Shown here: positions 52,736 through 64,000 of the stretch, in pieces
Layout of the letters: each line of letters begins with the position of its first letter
How positions within the stretch are numbered: the stretch's first letter is position 1
Assembly (NCBI GenBank): GCA_964057225.1
Contig: OZ059894.1
Coordinates: 6,510,001-6,574,000 of the forward strand
Length of the DNA stretch: 64,000 nucleotides
Reading direction: 5' to 3'
Origin: Auanema rhodensis
Lineage: Eukaryota; Animalia; Nematoda
The notes under the pieces: generated by a model
What the model was told of the DNA's origin: nothing
The model's database searches: none
Seen by the model: the letters and a program-made list of their open reading frames with translations, nothing else
Made by a program: the position numbers and the translations under genes

Positions 52736-54802
52736 ATGATTTTTCCTTCTACTTTCTGTCCATTTTCTCTGATGATTAACGCTCAGGGTAAATTTGTTCT
52801 TGTTTCTCAGCCTTTTGATAATGTTCCTTCGGAGAACATAACTATCTTTTTTAATAATTCTTCAGTAAATACTCAGAATCTTGAAGTTTATTCAAATGAT
52901 GTAACTTCACTCTCATTTTTGAATTTCACTCTTCCATCTTTTAATATCCCTCCATTGAGGCAGCAAAATGTTAATTTTGCTTCTGCTCTTTCTCTAGCAA
53001 ATTCATCTGCGGCATCTTCTTCAGTTGAATCTGTTGCTACAGTTACTGTTCCTACTGTCAACAGCGTTCCACTGTTCTCTTCTTCTACTTCACATCTTTC
53101 TATTCAGCCTTCTTCTTCTTCTTCTGCCGTTCATTCTTCACCGTCATCTTCTCTTTCTTCTTCTCCTCCTTCTGTTTCCTCTCCTTCTTTACCTGTTCTC
53201 TCTCCTTCTTCTTCTGTTCCCTCTCCTTCTTCTTCTGTTCCCTCTCCTTCTTCTTCTGTTCCCTCTCCTTCTTCTTCTGTTCCCTCTCCTTCTTCTTCAT
53301 TTTCTTTGCAATCTGCAAATCCTAACTCATACGCCGCTCTCATTGCGCCTTCTAAGCAGGATGTACACCCCTGTTTAGAATATAAATTTGAAAACTTGCT
53401 GTATCGCTACCAATTCAGTAGTAAAAGTTCTCAAAAAGCTTATTCTATTTATCGTTGCACAGGTTGTAAACATTTGGGTAAATACACTTCTATCAAAGTA
53501 GAAAATAATGTATTTCTCGAAAATCCTGTTGCTCAAAACCATCATTGTGATCCATTTTTGTTTTCTATTAACAAATGCAAAAATATCACATACTCTCTAA
53601 CTCAGAATATTAAAAGTTCAGACTCATGTTTTGAGATGAAAGCATATTCCTTATTTGTCAATGAAATAAAAAAAATATTTCATGAATCTGAGTTAGAAGA
53701 GCATGAAAAGCAAGAAGTTTCCTCTGCTTGGTTTCATGGTGGCTATGACAGTAGACGTAGAGCTATTACAAGGGCTTTAAGTTCTCGTAAAGACTTAAGA
53801 ACATCCATGACCAATGTTCCTCTGTCTCTGTCTAAAACTATCAATGGTCGTACGTTCTTGCATTTTCATGACAGCGAGTTTCATTTGTATTTCGATACAT
53901 TTTGTTTGGAACTAGCTGTTCAGAATGGTTTAACTCATTTGCTTGGGGACGGTTGTTTCAAATACCAGCCTTTGGATATGGAACAAGCATATACCATCAT
54001 GGGCGGTTGCAGAAATGGAACAACTGTACCTCTTTTCTATTCCATTTTAAAAAATAAGAGTAGGTTCACTTATAGAAGGCTTCTTCAACATATTGCACTA
54101 GCTCTCTCCAACGTTGGTTGCATAGTTGAAAACCTTATTTTTATCTGTGATTTTGAGATCGCTGTAATAAGGGAAGCTGAAACTATTTTTAATTCTGGTC
54201 AAGGATGTGCATTTCATTATGCTCAGAGCTTGAACAGACGGTTTCTTCAACTGGGTTTGACACAAGCAGAGAAGCAATCCATTGAAATCAAACAATGGCA
54301 TGGTCGGCTGCTGGGCTTGCTCTTCCTTCAAACTGATCTTGTCTCACGGTCCGGGTTACTCAATTCTCCTGTTTCTTCTGATCATCCATCATATTCTTCT
54401 TGTCTTCAAATGATCAGTTATGTGAATGAAACATGGATTGAAGGACCTTTGCGACATTATTGGAGCAAATGGGACATAAAACAGTTTCGTACATCTAATA
54501 ATGTTGAATCTTTTCACCGTAAAATGAAGACTATTTTATCTTGCTCTCATCCTCCTCTTTCTGAATTAATTACTTTTTTTCATGGTGAAAATTTGATGGC
54601 TAATCATGTCCTGATCGCTTTGTCATCGAATGTTGAGCCTGCCAGGAAAAAAAGAAAAAACGTAATTGAGAGGCAACAACGGATTGAGGTTCAGTTTGAA
54701 AACTTTAGGAGCATCTCCAATAACCGACTGCCTAATCAGCAAGAAATAATAGCATATGTCGAGGAGATGGCGAAGTTTAACACCAGAAAATCTTATTTTT
54801 GA
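52736..54802 (+). CDS. MULE-type DDE transposase (688 aa) with a Ser/Pro-rich N-terminal extension
   Basis: Zn-finger-like YRCTGC...NHHC, D1 in LGDGCFK, D2 in ICDFEIA, CxxH motif GCAFHY, E in RTSNNVESFH, and NLS-like RKKRK. The ORF is uninterrupted. Confidence 0.93.
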   Translation: MIFPSTFCPFSLMINAQGKFVLVSQPFDNVPSENITIFFNNSSVNTQNLEVYSNDVTSLSFLNFTLPSFNIPPLRQQNVNFASALSLANSSAASSSVESVATVTVPTVNSVPLFSSSTSHLSIQPSSSSSAVHSSPSSSLSSSPPSVSSPSLPVLSPSSSVPSPSSSVPSPSSSVPSPSSSVPSPSSSFSLQSANPNSYAALIAPSKQDVHPCLEYKFENLLYRYQFSSKSSQKAYSIYRCTGCKHLGKYTSIKVENNVFLENPVAQNHHCDPFLFSINKCKNITYSLTQNIKSSDSCFEMKAYSLFVNEIKKIFHESELEEHEKQEVSSAWFHGGYDSRRRAITRALSSRKDLRTSMTNVPLSLSKTINGRTFLHFHDSEFHLYFDTFCLELAVQNGLTHLLGDGCFKYQPLDMEQAYTIMGGCRNGTTVPLFYSILKNKSRFTYRRLLQHIALALSNVGCIVENLIFICDFEIAVIREAETIFNSGQGCAFHYAQSLNRRFLQLGLTQAEKQSIEIKQWHGRLLGLLFLQTDLVSRSGLLNSPVSSDHPSYSSCLQMISYVNETWIEGPLRHYWSKWDIKQFRTSNNVESFHRKMKTILSCSHPPLSELITFFHGENLMANHVLIALSSNVEPARKKRKNVIERQQRIEVQFENFRSISNNRLPNQQEIIAYVEEMAKFNTRKSYF
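53200..53297 (+). repeat. 21-bp in-frame minisatellite (SPSSSVP) in the transposase
   Basis: CTCTCCTTCTTCTTCTGTTCC, four copies plus a partial copy. Confidence 0.95.
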
Positions 54803-55050
54803 ATCATTTAACTTGAAAAACTAAACTCTAATAAATTTTTTGAATCATATCTTTTTTTTCTAACACAAAAACCTCCTTGCCGTTTAGATTGAAAACCTTG
54901 ATTTTTTATGAACTGTTTAAGTTTTTGGGTAATTTTTAGAAGTCTAAACGACCAAAAACTGAGAGTACAACACGTGTGGTATAATTTACGATCGTTAGGC
55001 TTGCTGGGGAGAGGTTGTAAAAATAGGAGACGACGAAACGTCTCAGACCC

Positions 55051-58000
55051 TTCGATTCCCCGCAACGGAATACGTTTTACGCTGTCTTCAAGTTTTTAAA
55101 TGATCAAGCTACTTCTGAAGTTCCATAACTTAATCATAGATTGATTCTTAGCAACAACAATACTCCACGTTTTCAAGCGCATTTTGAATGATCCACGAAT
55201 TGAATTTCATTGGTCATCATGTAAACGCAATGACTGATTATTAAAGGTTCAAGATATGTCGATATCATATCCGTTGTGGTCTAGTGGTTAGGATTTATGG
55301 CTCTCACCCATAAGGCCGGGGTTCGATTCCCCGCAACGGAATACGTTTTACGCTGTCTTCAAGTTTTTAAATGATCAAGCTACTTCTGAAGTTCCATAAC
55401 TTAATCATAGATTGATTCTTAGCAACAACAATACTCCACGTTTTCAAGCGCATTTTGAATGATCCACGAATTGAATTTCATTGGTCATCATGTAAACGCA
55501 ATGACTGATTATTAAAGGTTCAAGATATGTCGATATCATATCCGTTGTGGTCTAGTGGTTAGGATTTATGGCTCTCACCCATAAGGCCGGGGTTCGATTC
55601 CCCGCAACGGAATACGTTTTACGCTGTCTTCAAGTTTTTAAATGATCAAGCTACTTCTGAAGTTCCATAACTTAATCATAGATTGATTCTTAGCAACAAC
55701 AATACTCCACGTTTTCAAGCGCATTTTGAATGATCCACGAATTGAATTTCATTGGTCATCATGTAAACGCAATGACTGATTATTAAAGGTTCAAGATATG
55801 TCGATATCATATCCGTTGTGGTCTAGTGGTTAGGATTTATGGCTCTCACCCATAAGGCCGGGGTTCGATTCCCCGCAACGGAATACGTTTTACGCTGTCT
55901 TCAAGTTTTTAAATGATCAAGCTACTTCTGAAGTTCCATAACTTAATCATAGATTGATTCTTAGCAACAACAATACTCCACGTTTTCAAGCGCATTTTGA
56001 ATGATCCACGAATTGAATTTCATTGGTCATCATGTAAACGCAATGACTGATTATTAAAGGTTCAAGATATGTCGATATCATATCCGTTGTGGTCTAGTGG
56101 TTAGGATTTATGGCTCTCACCCATAAGGCCGGGGTTCGATTCCCCGCAACGGAATACGTTTTACGCTTTCTTCAAGTTTTTAAATGCTCAAGCTACTTCT
56201 GAAGTTCCATAACTTAATCATAGATTGATTCTTAGCAACAACAATACTCCACGTTTTCAAGCGCATTTTGAATAATCCACGAATTGAATTTCATTGGTCA
56301 TCATGTAAACGCAATAACTGATTATTAAAGGTTCAAGATATGTCGATATCATATCCGTTGTGGTCTAGTGGTTAGGATTTATGGCTCTCACCCATAAGGC
56401 CGGGGTTCGATTCCCCGCAACGGAATACGTTTTACGCTGTCTTCAAGTTTTTAAATGATCAAGCTACTTCTGAAGTTCCATACCTTAATCATAGATTGAT
56501 TCTTAGCAACAACAATACTCCACGTTTTCAAGCGCATTTTGAATAATCCACGAATTGAATTGCATTGGTCATCATGTAAATGCAATGACTGATTATTAAA
56601 GGTTTAAGTTATGTCGATATCATATCCGTTGTGGTCTAGTGGTTAGGATTTATGGCTCTCACCCATAAGGCCTGGGTTCGATTCCCCGCAACGGAATACG
56701 TTTTACGATTTCTTCAAGTTTTTAAATGCTCAAGCTACTTCTGAAGTTCCATAACTTAATCATACCTTGATTCCTAGGCAACAACAATACTCCACGTTTT
56801 CAAGCGCATTTTGAATGATCCACGAATTGAATTTCATTGGTCATCATGTAAACGCAATGACTGATTATTAAAGGTTTAAGTTATGTCGATATCATATCCG
56901 TTGTGGTCTAGTGATTAGGATTTATGGCTCTCACCCATAAGGCCTGGGTTCGATTCCCCGCAACGGAATACGTTTTACGATTTCTTCAAGTTTTTAAATG
57001 CTCAAGCTACTTCTGAAGTTCCATAACTTAATCATACCTTGATTCTTAGGCAACAACAATACTCCACGTTTTCAAGCGCATTTTGAATAATCCACGAATT
57101 GAATTTCATTGGTCATCATGTAAATGCAATGACTGATTATTAAAGGTTTAAGTTATGTCGATATCATATCCGTTGTGGTCTAGTGGTTAGGATTTATGGC
57201 TCTCACCCATAAGGCCGGGGTTCGATTCCCCGCAACGGAATACGTTTTACGATTTCTTCAAGTTTTTAAATGCTCAAGCTACTTCTGAAGTTCCATAACT
57301 TAATCATACCTTGATTCTTAGGCAACAACAATACTCCACGTTTTCAAGCGCATTTTGAATGATCCACGAATTGAATTTCATTGGTCATCATGTAAACGCA
57401 ATGACTGATTATTAAAGGTTCAAGATATGTCGATATCATATCCGTTGTGGTCTAGTGGTTAGGATTTATGGCTCTCACCCATAAGGCCGGGGTTCGATTC
57501 CCCGCAACGGAAAACGTTTTACGCTTTCTTCAAGTTTTTAAATGCTCAAGCTACTTCTGAAGTTCCATAACTTAATCATAGATTGATTCTTAGCAACAAC
57601 AATACTCCACGTTTTCAAGCGCATTTTGAATGATCCACGAATTGAATTTCATTGGTCATCATGTAAAAGCAATGACTGATTATTAAAGGTTCAAGATATG
57701 TCGATATTATATCCGTTGTGGTCTACTGATTAGGATTTATGGCTCTCACCCATAAGGCCGGGGTTCGATTCCCCGCAACGGAATACGTTTTACGCTGTCT
57801 TCAAGTTTTTAAATGATCAAGCTACTTCTGAAGTTCCATAACTTAATCATACCTTGATTCTTAGCAACAACAATACTCCACGTTTTCAAGCGCATTTTGA
57901 ATGATCCACGAATTGAATTTCATTGGTCATCATGTAAACGCAATGACTGATTATTAAAGGTTCAAGATATGTCGATATTATATCCGTTGTGGTCTAGTGG

Positions 58001-61000
58001 TTAGGATTTATGGCTCTCACCCATAAGGCCGGGGTTCGATTCCCCGCAACGGAATACGTTTTACGCTGTCTTCAAGTTTTTAAATGATCAAGCTACTTCT
58101 GAAGTTCCATAACTTAATCATACCTTGATTCTTAGCAACAACAATACTCCACGTTTTCAAGCGCATTTTGAATGATCCACGAATTGAATTTCATTGGTCA
58201 TCATGTAAATGCAATGACTGATTATTAAAGGTTCAAGATATGTCGATATTATATCCGTTGTGGTCTAGTGGTTAGGATTTATGGCTCTCACCCATAAGGC
58301 CGGGGTTCGATTCCCCGCAACGGAAAACGTTTTACGCTTTCTTCAAGTTTTTAAATGCTCAAGCTACTTCTGAAGTTCCATAACTTAATCATAGATTGAT
58401 TCTTAGCAACAACAATACTCCACGTTTTCAAGCGCATTTTGAATGATCCACGAATTGAATTTCATTGGTCATCATGTAAATGCAATGACTGATTATTAAA
58501 GGTTCAAGATATGTCGATATCATATCCGTTGTGGTCTAGTGGTTAGGATTTATGGCTCTCACCCATAAGGCCGGGGTTCGATTCCCCGCAACGGAAAACG
58601 TTTTACGCTTTCTTCAAGTTTTTAAATGCTCAAGCTACTTCTGAAGTTCCATAACTTAATCATAGATTGATTCTTAGCAACAACAATACTCCACGTTTTC
58701 AAGCGCATTTTGAATGATCCACGAATTGAATTTCATTGGTCATCATGTAAATGCAATGACTGATTATTAAAGGTTCAAGATATGTCGATATTATATCCGT
58801 TGTGGTCTAGTGGTTAGGATTTATGGCTCTCACCCATAAGGCCGGGGTTCGATTCCCCGCAACGGAATACGTTTTACGCTGTCTTCAAGTTTTTAAATGA
58901 TCAAGCTACTTCTGAAGTTCCATAACTTAATCATAGATTGATTCTTAGCAACAACAATACTCCACGTTTTCAAGCGCATTTTGAATGATCCACGAATTGA
59001 ATTTCATTGGTCATCATGTAAACGCAATGACTGATTATTAAAGGTTCAAGATATGTCGATATCATATCCGTTGTGGTCTAGTGGTTAGGATTTATGGCTC
59101 TCACCCATAAGGCCGGGGTTCGATTCCCCGCAACGGAATACGTTTTACGCTTTCTTCAAGTTTTTAAATGCTCAAGCTACTTCTGAAGTTCCATAACTTA
59201 ATCATAGATTGATTCTTAGGCAACAACAATACTCCACGTTTTCAAGCGCATTTTGAATGATCCACGAATTGAATTTCATTGGTCATCATGTAAACGCAAT
59301 GACTGATTATTAAAGGTTCAAGTTATGACGATATCATATCCGTTGTGGTCTAGTGGTTAGGATTTATGGCTCTCACCCATAAGGCCGGGGTTCGATTCCC
59401 CGCAACGGAATACGTTTTACGCTTTCTTCAAGTTTTTAAATGCTCAAGCTACTTCTGAAGTTCCATAACTTAATCATAGATTGATTCTTAGCAACAACAA
59501 TACTCCACGTTTTCAAGCGCATTTTGAATGATCCACGAATTGAATTTCATTGGTCATCATGTAAACGCAATGACTGATTATTAAAGGTTCAAGATATGTC
59601 GATATCATATCCGTTGTGGTCTAGTGGTTAGGATTTATGGCTCTCACCCATAAGGCCGGGGTTCGATTCCCCGCAACGGAATACGTTTTACGCTTTCTTC
59701 AAGTTTTTAAATGCTCAAGCTACTTCTGAAGTTCCATAACTTAATCATAGATTGATTCTTAGCAACAACAATACTCCACGTTTTCAAGCGCATTTTGAAT
59801 GATCCACGAATTGAATTTCATTGGTCATCATGTAAACGCAATGACTGATTATTAAAGGTTCAAGTTATGACGATATCATATCCGTTGTGGTCTAGTGGTT
59901 AGGACTTATGGCTCTCACCCATAAGGCCGGGGTTCGATTCCCCGCAACGGAATACGTTTTACGCTTTCTTCAAGTTTTTAAATGCTCAAGCTACTTCTGA
60001 AGTTCCATAACTTAATCATAGATTGATTCTTAGGCAACAACAATACTCCACGTTTTCAAGCGCATTTTGAATGATCCACGAATTGAATTTCATTGGTCAT
60101 CATGTAAACGCAATGACTGATTATTAAAGGTTCAAGATATGTCGATATCATATCCGTTGTGGTCTAGTGGTTAGGATTTATGGCTCTCACCCATAAGGCC
60201 GGGGTTCGATTCCCCGCAACGGAATACGTTTTACGCTTTCTTCAAGTTTTTAAATGCTCAAGCTACTTCTGAAGTTCCATAACTTAATCATAGATTGATT
60301 CTTAGCAACAACAATACTCCACGTTTTCAAGCGCATTTTGAATGATCCACGAATTGAATTTCATTGGTCATCATGTAAACGCAATGACTGATTATTAAAG
60401 GTTCAAGATATGTCGATATCATATCCGTTGTGGTCTAGTGGTTAGGATTTATGGCTCTCACCCATAAGGCCGGGGTTCGATTCCCCGCAACGGAATACGT
60501 TTTACGCTTTCTTCAAGTTTTTAAATGCTCAAGCTACTTCTGAAGTTCCATAACTTAATCATAGATTGATTCTTAGCAACAACAATACTCCACGTTTTCA
60601 AGCGCATTTTGAATGATCCACGAATTGAATTTCATTGGTCATCATGTAAACGCAATGACTGATTATTAAAGGTTCAAGTTATGTCGATATCATATCCGTT
60701 GTGGTCTAGTGGTTAGGATTTATGGCTCTCACCCATAAGGCCGGGGTTCGATTCCCCGCAACGGAATACGTTTTACGCTTTCTTCAAGTTTTTAAATGCT
60801 CAAGCTACTTCTGAAGTTCCATAACTTAATCATAGATTGATTCTTAGCAACAACAATACTCCACGTTTTCAAGCGCATTTTGAATGATCCACGAATTGAA
60901 TTTCATTGGTCATCATGTAAACGCAATGACTGATTATTAAAGGTTCAAGATATGTCGATATCATATCCGTTGTGGTCTAGTGGTTAGGATTTATGGCTCT

Positions 61001-64000
61001 CACCCATAAGGCCGGGGTTCGATTCCCCGCAACGGAATACGTTTTACGCTTTCTTCAAGTTTTTAAATGCTCAAGCTACTTCTGAAGTTCCATAACTTAA
61101 TCATAGATTGATTCTTAGCAACAACAATACTCCACGTTTTCAAGCGCATTTTGAATGATCCACGAATTGAATTTCATTGGTCATCATGTAAACGCAATGA
61201 CTGATTATTAAAGGTTCAAGATATGTCGATATCATATCCGTTGTGGTCTAGTGGTTAGGATTTATGGCTCTCACCCATAAGGCCGGGGTTCGATTCCCCG
61301 CAACGGAATACGTTTTACGCTTTCTTCAAGTTTTTAAATGCTCAAGCTACTTCTGAAGTTCCATAACTTAATCATAGATTGATTCTTAGCAACAACAATA
61401 CTCCACGTTTTCAAGCGCATTTTGAATGATCCACGAATTGAATTTCATTGGTCATCATGTAAACGCAATGACTGATTATTAAAGGTTCAAGTTATGACGA
61501 TATCATATCCGTTGTGGTCTAGTGGTTAGGATTTATGGCTCTCACCCATAAGGCCGGGGTTCGATTCCCCGCAACGGAAAACGTTTTACGCTTTCTTCAA
61601 GTTTTTAAATGCTCAAGCTACTTCTGAAGTTCCATAACTTAATCATACCTTGATTCTTAGCAACAACAATACTCCACGTTTTCAAGCGCATTTTGAATGA
61701 TCCACGAATTGAATTTCTTTGGTCATCATGTAAACGCAATGACTGATTATTAAAGGTTCAAGTTATGACGATATCATATCCGTTGTGGTCTAGTGGTTAG
61801 GATTTATGGCTCTCACCCATAAGGCCGGGGTTCGATTCCCCGCAACGGAATACGTTTTACGCTTTCTTCAAGTTTTTAAATGATCAAGCTACTTCTGAAG
61901 TTCCATAACTTAATCATACCTTGATTCTTAGCAACAACAATACTCCACGTTTTCAAGCGCATTTTGAATGATCCACGAATTGAATTTCATTGGTCATCAT
62001 GTAAATGCAATGACTGATTATTAAAGGTTCAAGATATGTCGATATCATATCCGTTGTGGTCTAGTGGTTAGGATTTATGGCTCTCACCCATAAGGCCGGG
62101 GTTCGATTCCCCGCAACGGAATATGTTTTACGCTTTCTTCATGTTTTTAAATGCTCAAGCTACTTCTGAAGTTCCATAACTTAATCATACCTTGATTCTT
62201 AGGCAACAACAATACTCCACGTTTTCAAGCGCATTTTGAATGATCCACGAATTGAATTTCATTGGTCATCATGTAAACGCAATGACTGATTAATAAAGGT
62301 TCAAGTTATGTCGATATCATATCCGTTGTGGTCTAGTGGTTAGGATTTATGGCTCTCACCCATAAGGCCGGGGTTCGATTCCCCGCAACGGAATATGTTT
62401 TACGCTTTCTTCAAGTTTTTAAATGCTCAAGCTACTTCTGAAGTTCCATAACTTAATCATAGATTGATTCTTAGCAACAACAATACTCCACGTTTTCAAG
62501 CGCATTTTGAATGATCCACGATTTGAACTTCATTGGTCATCATGTAAACGCAATGACTGATTATTAAAGGTTCAAGTTATGTCGATATCATATCCGTTGT
62601 GGTCTAGTGGTTAGGATTTATGGCTCTCACCCATAAGGCCGGGGTTCGATTCCCCGCAACGGAATACGTTTTACGCTTTCTTCAAGTTTTTAAATGCTCA
62701 AGCTACTTCTAAAGTTCCATAACTTAATCATAGATTGATTCTTAGCAACAACAATACTCCACGTTTTCAAGCGCATTTTGAATGATCCACGAATTGAATT
62801 TCATTGGTCATCATGTAAACGCAATGACTGATTATTAAAGGTTCAAGATATGTCGATATCATATCCGTTGTGGTCTAGTGGTTAGGATTTATGGCTCTCA
62901 CCCATAAGGCCGGGGTTCGATTCCCCGCAACGGAATACGTTTTACGCTGTCTTCAAGTTTTTAAATGCTCAAGCTACTTCTGAAGTTCCATAACTTAATC
63001 ATAGATTGATTCTTAGGCAACAACAATACTCCACGTTTTCAAGCGCATTTTGAATAATCCACGAATTGAATTTCATTGGTCATCATGTAAACGCAATAAC
63101 TGATTATTAAAGGTTCAAGATATGTCGATATCATATCCGTTGTGGTCTAGTGGTTAGGATTTATGGCTCTCACCCATAAGGCCGGGGTTCGATTCCCCGC
63201 AACGGAATACGTTTTACGCTGTCTTCAAGTTTTTAAATGCTCAAGCTACTTCTGAAGTTCCATAACTTAATCATAGATTGATTCTTAGCAACAACAATAC
63301 TCCACGTTTTCAAGCGCATTTTGAATGATCCACGATTTGAACTTCATTGGTCATCATGTAAACGCAATGACTGATTATGAAAGGTTCAAGTTATGTCGAT
63401 ATCATATCCGTTGTGGTCTAGTGGTTAGGATTTATGGCTCTCACCCATAAGGCCGGGGTTCGATTCCCCGCAACGGAATACGTTTTACGCTGTCTTCAAG
63501 TTTTTAAATGCTCAAGCTACTTCTGAAGTTCCATAACTTAATCATAGATTGATTCTTAGCAACAACAATACTCCACGTTTTCAAGCGCATTTTGAATGAT
63601 CCACGATTTGAACTTCATTGGTCATCATGTAAACGCAATAACTGATTATTAAAGGTTCAAGATATGTCGATATCATATCCGTTGTGGTCTAGTGGTTAGG
63701 ATTTATGGCTCTCACCCATAAGGCCGGGGTTCGATTCCCCGCAACGGAATACGTTTTACGCTGTCTTCAAGTTTTTAAATGCTCAAGCTACTTCTGAAGT
63801 TCCATAACTTAATCATAGATTGATTCTTAGCAACAACAATACTCCACGTTTTCAAGCGCATTTTGAATGATCCACGATTTGAACTTCATTGGTCATCATG
63901 TAAACGCAATGACTGATTATGAAAGGTTCAAGTTATGTCGATATCATATCCGTTGTGGTCTAGTGGTTAGGATTTATGGCTCTCACCCATAAGGCCGGGG
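55051..64000 (+). repeat. tRNA-Glu(CTC) array, block 4 (spacer subfamily B): 3' fragment, 32 full copies and one copy cut by the window end; 271/272-bp units
   Basis: Copies start at 55270, 55541 ... 63678, 63949. Diagnostic 5' flank GATATGTCGATATCATA. Confidence 0.98.
55270..55341 (+). tRNA. tRNA-Glu(CTC), representative of block 4
   Basis: 72-nt sequence identical to the block 1 consensus. Confidence 0.98.

Larger units (their letters stand above)
52388..55050 (+). mobile_element. MULE/Mutator-superfamily DNA transposon, 2663 bp, 24-bp imperfect TIRs
   Basis: Left end GGGTggcgGACGTTTCGTCGTCTC; right end reverse complement GGGTctgaGACGTTTCGTCGTCTC (20/24 match). Encloses one transposase ORF. 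Confidence 0.92.

Noticed and set aside
53025-53378. Overlapping poly-Leu, Lys/Glu and Glu/Gly ORFs
   Set aside because: Alternative frames of the 21-bp minisatellite inside the transposase.
23678-64000. CRISPR-like repeat/spacer array
   Set aside because: Spacers are near-identical rather than unique, the repeat is a canonical tRNA, the DNA is eukaryotic and there are no cas genes.

Overview
AT-rich eukaryotic DNA, almost certainly from a rhabditid nematode (short introns, TTTCAG acceptors, nematode gene families). About 1-23.5 kb is ordinary gene space: a long non-coding stretch, an Otx/ttx-1 homeobox gene, a cuticle collagen, an acl-6-type glycerol-3-phosphate acyltransferase and two small TIL-domain loci, the second apparently decayed. 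From about 23,678 to the end of the window is a tandem array of tRNA-Glu(CTC) genes. By my manual count it holds 127 full-length copies in 258-273 bp units, arranged as four blocks of alternating orientation and two spacer subfamilies. Most block boundaries are marked by a transposon: (1) an inverted MULE-transposase fragment at the left edge; (2) a composite LTR-retroelement (tRNA-Gln PBS, Ty3/gypsy integrase) beginning 4 bp upstream of where a tRNA should start; (3) an apparently intact MULE/Mutator transposon with both ends joined to the T-arm/B-box of oppositely oriented tRNA copies. The best candidate for an undescribed system is a nematode tRNA-gene satellite colonised and rearranged by tRNA-associated, possibly tRNA-targeting, mobile elements. 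Counts, alignments and exon models were made by eye.
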